This document shows, in pieces, positions 11,238-24,419 of a stretch of 57,892 bases of DNA. This DNA comes from Chiloscyllium plagiosum. Taxonomy: Eukaryota. The notes beneath the pieces were generated by a model that saw only the letters and a program-made list of their open reading frames with translations, did not search any database and was not told the DNA's origin. Location of the stretch: the NCBI RefSeq assembly GCF_004010195.1, contig NC_057718.1, positions 29,133,891 through 29,191,782 on the forward strand, in the 5' to 3' direction. The position numbers were made by a program, and so were the translations under genes. How positions within the stretch are numbered: position 1 is the first letter of the stretch; every line of letters begins with the position of its first letter.

Positions 11238-12354
11238 CCACTGTACCAGCATAATGTATCACACCCGAGGGAGCCTGGAGCTCTATGATGAGGTATCTTC
11301 ATTTTATTCCTTTCTTTCCCCCCAAAAAAGGAAGGAACCATACACGGAAACAGGGAAGTCTTATTGACTGATCTTTAAATATTAAAACTCTCCTCCCAGA
11401 AGTGCAGTGTCACTTTGTACACTGTAGTACCTCGCATTCAGATGTCAATCTTTTGCCCAGATAGTGAGCATCGTCGTACAGATCCCATTCCTGACCCCAA
11501 AAATGGCCCCTTTGCAGCCACATTTGTTGGAAACTAAACAAAGAATTCCAGATAATGCACAGGATATATTGGGAAGTGTCTCAAAATCACATAACCTAGA
11601 TGAAATGAAACAATGATGGTTTGCTCTTGAGGTTTTATATTCCAGCTGTAATGCAGTCAAATGGGGAATCCCAAGCAAGAATTCCCTGGCACGTCCATAA
11701 TGCAACACTGCTGCTTTTCAGTATATTCAGAGCAAGTTAGAATCTGCTGCTGTATCAATTTTGTCAATGACTCAAACACTGTACCTCAAGTATATAAAAA
11801 AAAATAAGAGCAGTATATGCTGGAAGTGTAAGTCAAGGTGATCAGTCGCTGAGAATACAAGGTTTCAAGAGGAATCTTTTATCACATTTGATACAGTAAT
11901 GCTGAATACATTCTTTTATAAAATTAAAGGAGACAGCAAAACAAGGAGCAAGGGTTAAAAAAATTACTTCTGAGAACTGAAAATTGGCCGTTACCTATAT
12001 TTTAGTTCCTCCTATCAATTTTGTCTAAAATTAATTCCAGCAAAGGGATTTCTTCCCCTTCACTGCAGCTCTAGTGCCAAGTGCGGCCCAAAGATTGGTC
12101 ATTTTTCTTTCCTGGACACTAAACAGTCTGTTGCGTATTTCTCAGATTAACTGGTTAATTCTGACTTCCATCATTTATAGCTTTCATTTAAAAAAAGTCA
12201 CCATTTGAACATCCAGTGCTGACTGAATAAAAAATTCCACCAAAAACAGAGCTACTTTGAATGTTTACAGTGAAGCTTGGATGATTGGAAGCTTTTAAAT
12301 GAAGGAATAAAAAGAACATCCATGATTTTTTAAAAAATCAATATTTTTAAGTAA

Positions 12355-12645
12355 TGTATCCAGAACATCAGTATAATTTTCTGAGGACGTGAGTTTGAAT
12401 CCTTCCATAGCAGATAGTGAAAATGAATTCAATAAAAGGAAGCTAACCCTAGTGGTGACAATGTAACCAATGCTAATTGTTGCAAACACCCCATCTGATT
12501 CACAAACATACTTCAGGGTAGAAAATCTACCACTCTTACCTAGTCTTGTCTACATGCAACTCCAGAGCCACAGCAAGGTGGTTGACACCTTGCTGCCCTT
12601 TAGGCAATAAATGTTAGCCTAGCCTGCAATGTCGATATCCCATAA
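12355..12645 (+). mobile_element. tRNA-derived SINE (family sharing its 3' tail with the second LINE family)
   Basis: B-box GAGTTTGAATCC; body CCCATCTG.TTCAC.AA...CTACATG..ACTCCAGA.CCACAGCAA.GTGGTTGAC; tail GGCAATAAATG.T.GCCTAGCC. Confidence 0.7.
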
Positions 12646-13589
12646 CAATTTTTAAAATATATTTTTAAGTTTAAATATAAAGCATAAAATATTATAATTA
12701 TTTTGGCATATTCCACTTGGCTGTTCTCTGAGCCAGGGCTCAATGAGATCACCAATGACATAAAACTCAACTCTTCCATGAGGAGAAATTAGAGTTTCAA
12801 AACCAAAGAAGTAACACATCTCTCTGCCCAACACATAACGAATGCCAACCTGCAGATTATCTATCACACTGTCAGCATTTATTGCCATTTGTCTTCCATC
12901 TTAGACTTTAATTACCAGAATAAAATACTATTTTTTAATAATCTCCATTTATCTGCCCACAGTTTCATTTTTGAAAAAAATGAAACACTATTAAAGCATT
13001 TATTTATATAAAACTGAAAAGTCAGCACATGCTGCTTTCCTTCTGGAGAGAACAGCAACTGATTTCAGAAGGAGCTTTCAAGGACAAAGCATAAGGCATC
13101 AGCAAAATCATAAGAGCTCATCAACCTGTGTGCAAACAATTGAAAACTATCCAACATACCAGATGTTTTAAACTCCTCGTGGTTATACTTTACTTACACA
13201 CCCACTCATCTCCAATCCATATTTCTCTCACTTGATAAACCTGTGCATAATGTCATTTCCCAAAGTTATCAGGGACACAATCTTAAATGTCACATCTAAA
13301 TTGAGCTGAAGTATCCTTTCAGCTTAACTTCAGCTTTCAATGAAACCCCCATAATGTATCACGTAAGAATTGTTGCTATTATTAAAGCTTTAGCAAGTTC
13401 ATACAGACCACCATAATTTATACAGATAGTGCAAACACAGCTTATGGAAATATACTGAGAGAAGTCAACGCAGTTCTTGAGGGTGGAGGAATATTGGGTG
13501 GGAGAGTGGAGTCCCCATTTCCCGCTTCACCTGAATCAATCAAAAGGTGGCAATGCTTGTGGATGGCCAATGCTAATTGAGATATACAT

Positions 13590-14300
13590 ATGGGTTGTGG
13601 CATCTCCAGCTGGACAAGCATTTATTGCCTTTCGCTAGTTGCCCCTTGAGAAGGTGGTAATGAGCTGCCTTCTTGACCACTGCAGTCCACCTGGTGTGGG
13701 TTGACCCACAATGCCATCAGGGAGGGAATTCCAAGATTTTGACCCAGTGACACTGAAGAAACAGTGATACATTTCCAAGTCAGGATAGTAAGTGGCTAGA
13801 AGGGAACTTGCAGATGATGTTCCCATGTATCTGCTGATATTATCCTTCCAGATGGCAGTGTTCATGGGTTCAGAAGGTGCTGTCTAATGATCTTTGCTGA
13901 AATTTACCTTTGCACTGTACCTTGTAGAAAACAGACACTGCTACTATTGAGTAATAGTGATGGAAGGAGTGGATGCTTGTGGATGTACTGCCAATAAGGC
14001 TGTTTTGCACTGGATGGTGTCAAGCTTCTTGAGGGGGTTGTTGGAGCTGCACTCATCCAGGCAAGTTCGGAATATTCCATCACACTCCTGATTTGTGTCT
14101 TGTAGAGGTGGTCAGGCTTTGGGAATGCGGAAGTGAGTTGCTCGCTGCAGTATTCCTAGCCTCTCAGCTGCTTTGTAACCACTATATTTGTATGGTAAGT
14201 CCAGTTGAATGTCAAGGGGCAGTGGCTAGTTTGTCTCTTTTTGGGGATGGTCATTTCCTGACATTCTTGTAATGTAAATGTTATTTGTCTATTAATTATC
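13590..14300 (-). mobile_element. Second LINE family, 3' end
   Basis: Minus-strand peptide FFSVTGSKSWNSLP (typical LINE ORF2 C-terminus) followed by the 3' UTR shared with the SINE tail. Confidence 0.8.
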
Positions 14301-14364
14301 TATTAGCATCTACTTGAAGATCAGATCTGCCATTGGTGTTCAACCAGTTGCCTAATTTATGCAA

Positions 14365-14895
14365 AATTTATGTTGGACCTTATTTCAAGGGGGTTGGAGT
14401 ATAAGAATAGGGAAGTCTTACTGCAACTGTACAAAGTACTGAGTGAGACCCCATCCGGAGTACTGTAAGCACTTTTGGTCTCCTTATTTAAGGAAACATA
14501 TCATTTCATTGGAGGCAGTTCAGAGAAGGGTCACTAAGATGATCACTGGTATGAAGGGATGATTTTGAGTAAAGCTAAACAGGTTAGGGCTGTACTGACT
14601 GGAGTTTAAAAGAATGACAGGGTAAATATTAAAAGGATATTTCTTCTCATGGGAGAGCCTAGGATCAGAATTGAAGACTGAGATGAGGAGGAATTTCTTC
14701 TCTCAGAAGGTTGAGTGCCTTCGGAACTCCTTGCCACAGAGAGCTGTGGAGGCAGAATGCTTGTGTACATTTGAGGCTGAGATTGAGAGATTCTTGACCA
14801 ATAGAAGAATCAAAGCTACAGGAAAATGCAGGAAAGTAGACGTGAGGAATTTCAGATCAGGCATGATCCTACTGAACAGCGGAGAATACTCAAGT
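14365..14895 (+). mobile_element. CR1 3' fragment (older subfamily)
   Basis: Peptide KTEMRRNFFSQKVECLRNSLPQRAVEA; upstream LY..LVRPH.EYC..FWSP remnant. Confidence 0.85.
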
Positions 14896-15214
14896 GTGTT
14901 ACACATTACTTGTGTTATTATTTCTTGTGGCCTTATGCTCGAAAAGCAAACCTTGGGTTGCTTATGCACTACTAGGGGCTGGGTGCCTTGCTGTCAAGCA
15001 CTCAGTGTCTAACTGAGGGACCTTACATCGAGGAGGAGTCTGCAGAGTGCCACATCCCTGCCCTTTCTTTTGTTCTTCCAATATCCTCTAACAAGTCACT
15101 CCCTTCCCCAGAGCCTCCGACTCTGGGCCTCTAGTAGGTACATTACTGACAGCTATTTCCATTCCTCTGACGGCACAGATAGCAATGATAAGCTGTAGGT
15201 CTCTGACTGGCAGG

Positions 15215-16750
15215 TGTTACAACCAGTCCTAAAGCAAGGTTTCTCAACTTGCTATCCCAAGTTCCTGGCAGGATATCAAAACCCATCATGCTCCTTTTTG
15301 AGATGGGGCAAATTGGCTTTCCTTGGTTGTAAAGCCAACCTCCCATTTAATCGTAATGGGTTAATCTCATTTAATCGTAATTTTAAAACAGAATCCATCT
15401 CCTTCTGGATAACGTTCTTCCAGACCCAAAATTATGTTTTAAAAGGGGCCTATTCAACAATGCTTTCTTGAATGAATGAAAAGATTGAATTTATTAATTA
15501 CTAAACATAATAAGAAATAATAATGCAGCCCATATGTACAGTTAAGAAGTAATAAGTGAACTTAAAAACATAAAAGTTAAAACAAAGTCTCTGAATGTTT
15601 ATGAAAAGCAAATAGTTACACACTGTTGTCATTGCAGTAGATATTACTCAAAACATTGATGTCAGTCATTGAACAGGCTTCTTTGAGAATTCTGGTTTGT
15701 AGATTGATTGAAACTTTTTTTGTCTTGATTCCTTTCAACAGTGGCTGTTACTTGGTTGGTTTCTAGTACTCAGAATGAGAGAACTCTTCTGTTGTCTTAT
15801 TCCCTTTTGACTGGCTTGCTGGCTAGTTAGTTTCAAGCATTCAGAATGAGAGATTACCCTTTACCTTTTCTTTCCCTGCAAAACAAGTATACAGTGCAGT
15901 TCTCAAAGATGTGAGCTTCACTGCACACTATCTGAAACACTAGGGTGTCAGACCACTATAAACAGAGAGATCAGGTTTATGGTTGCTTAACCTCTGTCCA
16001 CGTGCATTCTTAAAAGAAGAAAATGCAATTATGGTTTCTTGATAAAAGGGGATAAGCTAGTTGTCTCTTCTTTTATGAGATTTCCACCTGAAGTTTCCCT
16101 GATTCTGTGCAAGTCGAACATTCTAGAATTTCTCTCTAGATGGTCACTGAATTTACATCTGCAATCAGCTTAGAGTCACAGAGTCATGCAGCACAGAATT
16201 TCTTTTTTACAAAAAACACAAATAAGTGCAATTAGTGGGCGGCACAGTGGCACAGTGGTTAACACTGCTGCCTCACAGTGCCAGAGACCCGGGTTCAATT
16301 CCCGCCTCAGGTGACTGACTGTCTGGAGTTTGCACATTCTCCCCATGTCTGCGTGGGTTTCCTCCGGGTGCTCCGGTTTCCTCCCACAGTCCAAAAATGT
16401 GCAGGTCAGGTGAACTGGCCATGCTAAATTGCCCGTAGTGTTAGGTGCAGGGGTAAATGTAGGGGAATGGGTCTGGGTGGGTTGCGCTTCGGCGGGTCGG
16501 TGTGGACTTGTTGGGCCGAAGGGCCTGTTTCCACACTGTAAAGTAATCTAAAGTAATCTAATCTAATCTAAAGTTCAATGTTGCCATAGGTGATCCAATA
16601 TTGTCATCTATAGATTCTATCCCAGAACATAGGAAGGACTTGTCAATGGCCATTTAAGTGCCTTGTCTTTGGGATTAAATTCCACACATTGTTTTTTAAT
16701 GACACAAAACAGAGATTACACATGAGGTTAAACACACTATGACCCCTTCA
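15215..16750 (-). mobile_element. Possible long solo LTR carrying an HE1 SINE insertion
   Basis: Begins TGTTAC and ends ...TTCA, with a minus-strand AATAAA (TTTATT near 15490) and LTR-like composition. No TSD verified. Confidence 0.3.
16237..16571 (+). mobile_element. HE1-type (V-SINE) shark SINE, full length, young
   Basis: A-box TGGCACAGTGG, B-box GGTTCAATTCC, V-domain GGAGTTTGCACATTCTCCCC.TGTCTGCGTGGGTTTCCTCCGGGTGCTCCGGTTTCCTCCCACAGTCCAAA, CR1-derived tail and (TAATC)n. Confidence 0.93.
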
Positions 16751-16849
16751 GTTCTCAGTTGTGAGTTCAACTGTAGCACGGGCTGCTTGGATGTAACCAT
16801 CCCAACAGCAGTAAGATTCAAAATTAAAATGCATACAAACACTTCCCTT

Positions 16850-17222
16850 ATATGTTCATTGACAGGATGAGGGGGTCACTGGCCAGGCCAACATTCATTG
16901 CCAATCACTAATTACCCAGAAAGCAGTGAAGAGTCAACCACACTGCTGTGGGTCTAGAGTCACATGTAGGCCAGACCAGGTACGGATGACAGTTTCCTTC
17001 TCTAAAAGACATTAGTGAACCAGATGGATTTTTCTGACAATTGACAATGGTTATCATTATTATCATAAATTCATGGTTATCATTAGACTCTTAATTCCAG
17101 ATTTTTAATGAACTAATATTTCACCATCTGCCATGGTGGGATTCAAACCCAGGTCCCCAGAACATTACCTGGGTCTCTGGATTAACAACCCAGTGATAAT
17201 ACCACTAGACTGATACCTCCCC
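16850..17222 (-). mobile_element. tRNA-derived SINE (same family as 12355-12645), near full length
   Basis: Reverse complement of 12355-12645; the B-box is seen as GGGATTCAAACCC on the plus strand. Confidence 0.8.
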
Positions 17223-18121
17223 TGAAATTCCAAAAAGTCTAAGTTTGAAGGGTTTTAGGGCCAATTTGATAATAGCTAACAGAAATAAGTTCCTGACCCT
17301 TTCCTGCCCCCTTGGGGACAGACCTCTTGTCCCCCTCACCCCCTTTCTCCTAGTTTCTTTGAACAGACCTGGCGGACTGACTTAACCCATCCATTTGGGT
17401 GACCTGTCTGGATGAGACCATTGACTGATATCTCTTTGTCTTCCCAATTGCATTAGTCCTACCCCCAACAACAGGCTGCTGTAGAGTTACAGAACATATT
17501 GTGACCTACTCCCTCGACTGCAAAGATATGAACCCCTGACTGAGGACACTTCGACTAGACACCTGAGTGTGTCCAATTCCCTGGACTTACCCTGCTGGGA
17601 GCCTCTGCATATCCATCCTTCATGGACTTTGGTGAGGATTACTGGTCTGAAACTTTGAGACATGGCGGCTTGCTTCTTGTGAGTACAGTATGTTGATGTG
17701 TAAACTGTTAGCACTTGGTGCAGGTTTGAGATTGACGAGGCATGGTACCACACATGAGCTGTCTGTCCCTTTGACGGAGGGCTGTTCACCAGCAAGGCAA
17801 GCTGCTTGGTTGTATGGCTGTACTAATAGGAAAGGCAGAGATGCTGATAGTATTCAAGTAGGTGCTCAGACAGCCTCCAAGCAGCCCTGAGATGATGCAA
17901 TCGTTGATTTGTGTCCCTATCCCAATGCACAACATGTCCATGCAACAGCCTTTCAATGATGATCCTGAGTGTTGGAATTATTGGATAACAATGTCTATCG
18001 ATGAGCCGTATGTATGGCCAATACCCATGGATTGTTTCTTGAGATACTGTTATGTTGTGATCTACATGGTGGCTCTTCACAGGCAGAGGGAAGATGTTGA
18101 GAATTTCTGGCTCGTGATGTG

Positions 18122-18318
18122 TGTTATGGAGCAAGCCAGACCCCTCAAAATATTTCAAGAAAGTAGCCAAGACCCTAACTTTGCTAGTTGTGTTAAACAA
18201 GATATTCCAGGAGAAATACCGCTGGTCAAACCACTTAGTTTTAAACATAACAGAATTTATTTACAAGATTACTGAATAAAACACAAACAACAGAAAACAA
18301 AATACTGAATAACTTAAT
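18122..18318 (-). mobile_element. Truncated LTR (3' half) related to the Gypsy LTRs at 46152 and 50798
   Basis: Reverse complement ...AATAAATTCTGT...GCAAAGTTAGGGTCTTGG...TTTTGAGGGGTCTGGCTTGCTCCATAACA aligns by eye with the LTR ends 46560-46747 and 51240-51405. Confidence 0.75.
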
Positions 18319-18638
18319 TTGGGAATGACAATTGTGAAGATGGGCAACTAACTTTCTAAAGACATGATATGGTAAATTCTACCTGGGAACGGTCATGTAG
18401 GAGAGGGATTCATCCACGGTCAAAAGGACCCCGATTTCAAACTGGGGTGCGGCGGGAACACTGCATGATAGCATGCGGCATGTTTACTTCATATGCCAAA
18501 GGTTGAGGAGTGGGTGGTTGGAGCTGTCTATACTGATTGCAGAGAGAAGTAAACAGTGGTCTCTACTGCAGTTTTTGGTTTTATCATAGCATATTCGTCT
18601 ATGCAGCCCCTCACTTGGATGATGACATGGTTGGGCAG

Positions 18639-18719
18639 ATTCAAGAGTGTGTTGCTGGAAAAGCACAGCAGATGAGGCAGCATCCCAGGAGCAGGAAAAT
18701 CGATATTTCAGACTGGAAC
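18639..18719 (-). mobile_element. 81-bp Penelope-like pLTR fragment with 13-bp TSD
   Basis: Flanked by CATGGTTGGGCAG (18626-18638) and CACGGTTGGGCAG (18720-18732); body similar to 41560-41640. Confidence 0.75.
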
Positions 18720-19732
18720 CACGGTTGGGCAGGTGCCTGTACTTTGAGTGAGGGTGTTGCCACATGGTCTTGTATTTGTTTTTTTGATGGAAGAAAGTGC
18801 TGGCCATGTTCAATGTGATGCCATTATCTCGGCATTTTGTCAGGAGCAGAAGTTCCATACCTGTTGGCTTTCCAAATTACCTCCTCAGAGGTCTGTGGCC
18901 TTCGTAACACTCTGGCAGTGAAGTCATCAGGGATGGTCATTGCATCACCCACTGGGACATGGTCTAGAGAGTGTTTCAGGTTGCTGGAAAACTACTCTAT
19001 TCCTCCTCGTCTGTAGCATTCACCAATAAGGCATATGCACAGAGGCACATATTGCACTGGTTCTTGACGAAGGTAAGCCAAGTGGCCATGTGACATTCTT
19101 TCACCTTCAATGGGAGATTCTGAGATGGCCTGTCGAGTTTGTGCTCTTTTCGGATTTACCCTTCCAGAAGGTGTAACCTCCACCTTGTTCCTTCAGCTGG
19201 ATTTCCACTGCTCGCCAGGTCTTGCTTAGGGCAACAATGTCAATGTTGAAATTTCACTCCTCCCTACCAACAATGGCTGTGTACTGTTTCAGTCTGTCAC
19301 TATTGGGATTGTTCAGGAAGGTCTGATGTTCCAGATTCTGAAATTCATTTTGAAGGATGGAAGGTGCCTGTGCATGAACTCTTAACATGGGGTGGTCATT
19401 GCACACCAGCTATTACACAGGCATGATGGGATTTTACAGATACCAAAGTATAGATTTTTTAGGAGCAAACACTAAAAAAAAATACAAACATACCAAATAT
19501 TCCACATCACATTTGAATCTTCTCAGTAGGCTCAGTGGTAACACTCAGCTGAGGAAAAAAGTTCATTTTTTTCAGCAACATGAAAATGTTATCTTCAAAG
19601 GCATTGACTACAGTATCGTAAAGATCCAGGCACTAATTACCACCTAGAGTCTCACATAAGTAATCATTTTTCACAGGTGATCAAAGTCAGTGAATATTGT
19701 TAGGCTACTTCACAATGGAACATAATTCCATT

Positions 19733-20078
19733 AAGGGTGGCACAGTAGCTCAGTGGTTAGCACTGCTGTCTTACAGCACCAGGGACCCAGGTTTGATTCC
19801 AGCGTCAGGCGACTGTCCGTGTTGATTTTGCACAAACTCCTGGTTCTGCGTAGGTTTTCTCCAGGTGCACTGGTTTCCTCCCACAGTCGAAAGATGTGCA
19901 GATTAGGCCATGCTAAATTGCCCATAAAAAGTTCAGGGATGTGTAGGTTAGGTGCATTAGTTGGGGGTAATAGGGTAGGGGAATGACTCTGGGTGGGTTA
20001 CTCTTCAGAGGGTTGGTGTAGACTTGTGGAGCCAAAATGGCCTATTTCCACATTGTAGGGATTCTATGATTCCTATGA
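19733..20078 (+). mobile_element. HE1-type SINE, full length
   Basis: Same A/B boxes and V-domain as 16237; tail GGGATTCTATGATTCCTATGA. Confidence 0.9.
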
Positions 20079-20429
20079 ATAATTCTGTCTCCATCCAGTG
20101 CTTATCTCATGCAACTTAAAGCAATTATCATTACCTAGTTATTGCAAGTAATCACCCTGATGACCTTCTCTGCTCTACGGTGCCACTCCAGCAACAACCA
20201 ACAATAATACAGCACAGGAATCAAGACTTTAACACAAGATTTTACCAGCTCCTACGTAGCAGGCGAGGAAGCAGGATTACCTATAAATGTTGCCAGGTCG
20301 TTGTGCTAACAGCCCACTAGCCAGAAACAGGCTGCCAGTTTGAATCATTATAAGCTGTACTGAAGGCTATATTTCTGTTTGCGTTTAGTTCCCGGGTTCT
20401 TGGGGGGGCTACTGGGGTGAAGGCGGAGA

Positions 20430-20880
20430 AAAGCATGAAAACACACGCCCAAAGAACAGGAGTAGGCCACTTGGCCCCCTGAACCTGCTCCACCACTTAA
20501 TAAGATCATGGCTGACCTGATTGTAACTTGAATTCCACATTCCTGCCTAACCCGAAAACCTTTCATTCACTTCCTGAACAAAAATCTACCTACTTCTGCT
20601 GTACAAATATTTAAAGGCTCCGCTTCCACCATATAACATCCACTGAGTACACGCCTAGCCTGACCAACCCATCAACATAAGACAACCTACCCATTCCAAA
20701 TACTAATCTGATAAACCTTTTCTGAACTGTTTCCAATGCCTTTACATCTCTCCTTAAATAAAGAGGTCAATGCTGTGCTCAATACTCCAGATGTGGTCTC
20801 AGCAGTGCTCCGTATAGCTGAAGCATAACCTATCTTCTCCTCCCCTCACAATAAACAATAACATTGCTTTCATTTTCCTA
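20430..20880 (-). mobile_element. CR1 3' fragment
   Basis: GGAGTAGGCCACTTGGCCCCCTGAACCTGCTCCACCA..AATAAGATCATGGCTGA (reverse CR1 tail) and ATACTCCAGATGTGGTCTCA. Confidence 0.8.
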
Positions 20881-20889
20881 TTTATTTAC

Positions 20890-23800
20890 TGGAGGTGAGT
20901 TACTTGCAATGGAATTCCTAGCCTCTGACCTGCTCTTGTCACCAGTGTGTATGTGGCAAGTCCATTGGAGTTTCTGGGTCAATGAAGGAAGTGGATACTG
21001 AGAGATTCAGTGATAGTCAATAGAAATAGTCATTGCCTGGCATTAGTGTGCACAAATGTTATTTGCCACTTGTCAGCTCAAACCTGGATATTGTCCCATC
21101 TTGTTCTGTTTGGACAGGGATTGCTTCAGCATCTGAGGAGTCATGAGTGGTACAGAACATTGCACAATCAGCTAACATCCCCGCTTCTGACCTTATAATG
21201 GGAGGCGGGGGGAGGGTCATTGAAGCAGCTGAAGATGGTTGGGCCCACAACCATCAGGAACTCCTGAAGAGATTAAAAAAAAATTGCTGGAGACCACAGC
21301 GGATCAGGTAGCATCCATGGAGAGAGAGTAAGTTAGTTGAATCGAGATAACTCTTCATCAGAACTGAAGTGAAGTTTGGTGCATTTATCTTATAGTAGTT
21401 GGAGGGGGAGTGCAGAGTGGAGTTGGAGTGCTGGGGGTAGGAAAGATGTTGATAGTTCAGATTAAGTGATCGGAATGGGAAAATGTCAGAACAATGGTAT
21501 GTCTAACTGACAGACTGGAAAGAATAGACAGTCTCTCAGGGGTGAGGGAAGGGAATAGAGGGTGACAGAGAATGTAACAAGCAAAGCTGAAAGAAAGGGG
21601 AGTAATGAGTTCACAATTTGAAAGTGTTGAACTCAATATTGAGCCCAGAAGGTTGGGAAGTACCAAGTTTGAAGATGAGACGTTGCACCTCCAGCTTGCG
21701 CTGTGATTCGCTGGAGCATTGCAGCATGCCAGGGACAGACAAGTGGGCATGGGAGCAGGATGTTGTGTTAAAACGGGAAAGTTGGGGTCATGCTTGCATA
21801 TGGACTGGAAGTGTTGTACAAAGCAGTCACCCAGTCTGTGTTTGGTTTCTCAAATGGAGAGTAGGCCAGTGCAGTGAACACAATACACAAGATTGGAGGA
21901 GGTACCAGTGAAATGCTTCAACTGGAAAGACTGTTTTGGCCCTTGGATGGTGAGCAGGGAGGAGGGGAAGGGGCAAGTGTTGCGCCTTCTGCAGTTATAT
22001 GGGTAGGTGTCTTGGCCAGGAGGGGTGGGTGTTGTTGGTCGAGGAATGGATTAGGGTATCCCGGAAGGACCAATCCCTGCAAAATACGAACAAGGAGTGT
22101 GAGGGGATAATGTGTTTGGTGATGGTGTTCTGCTGGACTTGTCTGAAATGGAGGAGAATGATCCTTTGGAAGTAGAGGCTAGTGCGGTGAAAAGTGAAAA
22201 TAAGGGGGACCCGATCACGCTTCTCCCTACAGCCCTCTGGACTATGGCCTCACATCCGATCATCAAACCATTGTTGCCCGGACTGTCACTGACCTTATTA
22301 TCCCCAGACATCTTCCCCCCCCTTCACTACCACCTCCTACCTTATAATATCCAAACCCTAGACAGACCGCTTCTACCTCTTTCCCACAATCCACAGACTG
22401 CCCTAGTAGGCCCACCATATCAGCCTGTTCCTGCCTCAGCAAGCTCATTTCCTCCTACCTTGACTCTATCCTCGCTCCACTCATCCAGAACCTGCCCACC
22501 TACTTCCGGGATTCTTCTGATGCCCTCCACCATATTGACAATTTCCAGGTCCCTGGCCCTAACTGCTTCCTGTTCACCATGGATGTCCAATCCCTGTATA
22601 TGTCCATTCCCCACCAGGATGTTCTGAGAGCTCTCGGCTTCTTCCTCAGCCAGAGGTCTGAACAATCCCCAATCCACTCCCGCTCTCCTCTGCCTGGTAA
22701 ATTTGTTCTCTCACTGAACAATTTATCCTTTAATTCATCTCACTTCTGCAAAGTCAAAGGTGTGACTATGGACACCCACATGGATCCTCTTTATGGGGAA
22801 CACCCTTGTCCAGTCATACACTGGTTCCCTCTCACACCTCTTTCTTTCGTACATCGACGAGTATTTCAGTGCCACTTCATTCTCCTGCCTGAATCTTGAA
22901 AAACTTGTTCATCTTGTCTCCAATTTCCACTCCGCCATAACTTCCACATTGCCCATCTCTGACACTTCCCCTTTCTTTCTTTGACCTCCCTGTCTCTATT
23001 TTAAGGAATAAACTGCCGACTGGCATCCCCTACAAAGCCATGGACTCCCATAGCTACTCTCACTACAGCTCGTCACATCCCACATCCTGCAAGGATTCCA
23101 TCTCATTCTCCCAGTTCCTTTGCTTACGTCATATCTGTTCAGATGATGCCATCTTCCAAAACAACGCTGCTGACATGGCTTCCTTTTACTTTGACCATCA
23201 TTTCCCTGTAGTTGACAGGGCCCTCAATTGCGTCTGACCTATCACCCGTGCTTCTGCCCTTGCCCATTCCCCTCACTGACAACAGCATAATCAGGTCCCC
23301 CTTGTTCTCACCTTTCACTCCATATCCAGAGATCATTATCCACCCTTTCAGACAACTCCAGCAGAACGCCACCACCAAACACATCTTCCACCAAACCCAC
23401 TTGCCCCGTCTGCATTTCGCTTCTGGGACACCAGAGTTCATTCCTTGACCACCAAAACCACCCCACCCTCCCACGGCACCTATCAAGTAACTGCAGGAGG
23501 TGCAATACCTGCACTTCATCCCCTCCCTGCTCACCATCTAAGGGCCAAAACAGTCTGTCCAGGTGAAGCAGCATTTCACCTGGACCTCCTCCAATATTGT
23601 GTATTGTGTTCGCTGCACTCAGAAACCAAATGCAGACTGGGTGACTGCTTGGCTCAAGCATGTGCTCAAGAATGACCTCGACCTTCCCATTGCTGGTTAT
23701 TTTAACATAGCATCCTGCTTGCATGCCCACTGTCTGTCCCTGGCATGCTGCATGCTCCAGCAAATCACAGCGTAAACTGAAGGAGCAACATCTCATCTTC

Positions 23801-24400
23801 AAACTTGGCATTTTCCAACCTTCTGAGCTCAATATTTAGTTCAACACCTTCAAACTGTGAACCCAATACTTCGCTTTCCTTTAATTTTACTCATCACATT
23901 CTGTCGCCCTCTATCCCCTCCCCTCACCATAGTGGGACTGCCTGTTCTTTCCAGTGTGTCAGTTAGACACACCATTGTTCTGCCATTCTCATATTCCGAT
24001 CACTTCATCTGAACTATCAACATCCTTTTGCCCCCCAGTACTCCAACCCCCTCCCTCCCAAATGCTAACCCCTCCACACTTCACTTCAGCTCTAATGAAG
24101 AGTCATTTGACTCTAAACGTTAGCTTGCTCACCCCCCGATAGATGCTGTCTGACTTGCTGTTATCTTTAATACTTTCTGTTTTCAGTACAGATTCTAGCC
24201 TCTGCAGTTACTTGCTCTTGTCCTGGAGCTAACATGACTGACTTCCAGCAGGCACAACCATCTTCCTATGTGGCAGGAATGACTCCAACCAAGAGAGAGT
24301 TTGCTCTATCACTCATTGATTCCAGTTTTGCGAGGGCTCTTTGATGATACACTTGTCGAATGCAGCCTGGATATCAAGGGCTGACGGTCTCACGTCATTA
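20890..24400 (-). mobile_element. Second LINE family fragment split by a Penelope insertion (host parts 20890-21273 and 24219-24400)
   Basis: GGAACTCCTG.AGAGAT| at 21273 resumes as |GTCCTGGAGCT..ATGACTGAC at about 24220, collinear with the uninterrupted copies near 4290-4370 and 9390-9480. Confidence 0.7.
21274..24218 (+). mobile_element. Penelope-like retroelement (RT plus GIY-YIG), decayed, with an inverted 5' copy of its 3' portion
   Basis: RT motifs MDVQSLYMSIPH, GVTMDTHM and FLSYIDE; GIY-YIG remnant FTWTSSNIVYCVRC. 21285-22221 is the reverse complement of about 23285-24185. Hammerhead remnant at 24088-24125. Confidence 0.9.
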
Positions 24401-24419
24401 TCATCTCATTGACTTACTT

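Larger units (their letters stand above)
17600..19420 (-). mobile_element. RTE-clade LINE remnants (AP endonuclease and RT C-terminal pieces), with two nested insertions
   Basis: Minus-strand remnants MNFRIWNI..., NIDIVALSKT, GYT.FWKG and TFFHQKNKYKTMWQHPHSK, typical of the RTE/BovB-like APE domain. Confidence 0.75.

Noticed and set aside
16237..16310. tRNA-like A and B boxes (also at 19733, 42700 and 43110)
   Set aside because: These are SINE heads, continuous with the V-domain and CR1-derived tail, not tRNA genes.
17823..18275. Overlapping ORFs of 141 aa and 137 aa
   Set aside because: They span an RTE/LTR junction and are chimeric transposon debris.
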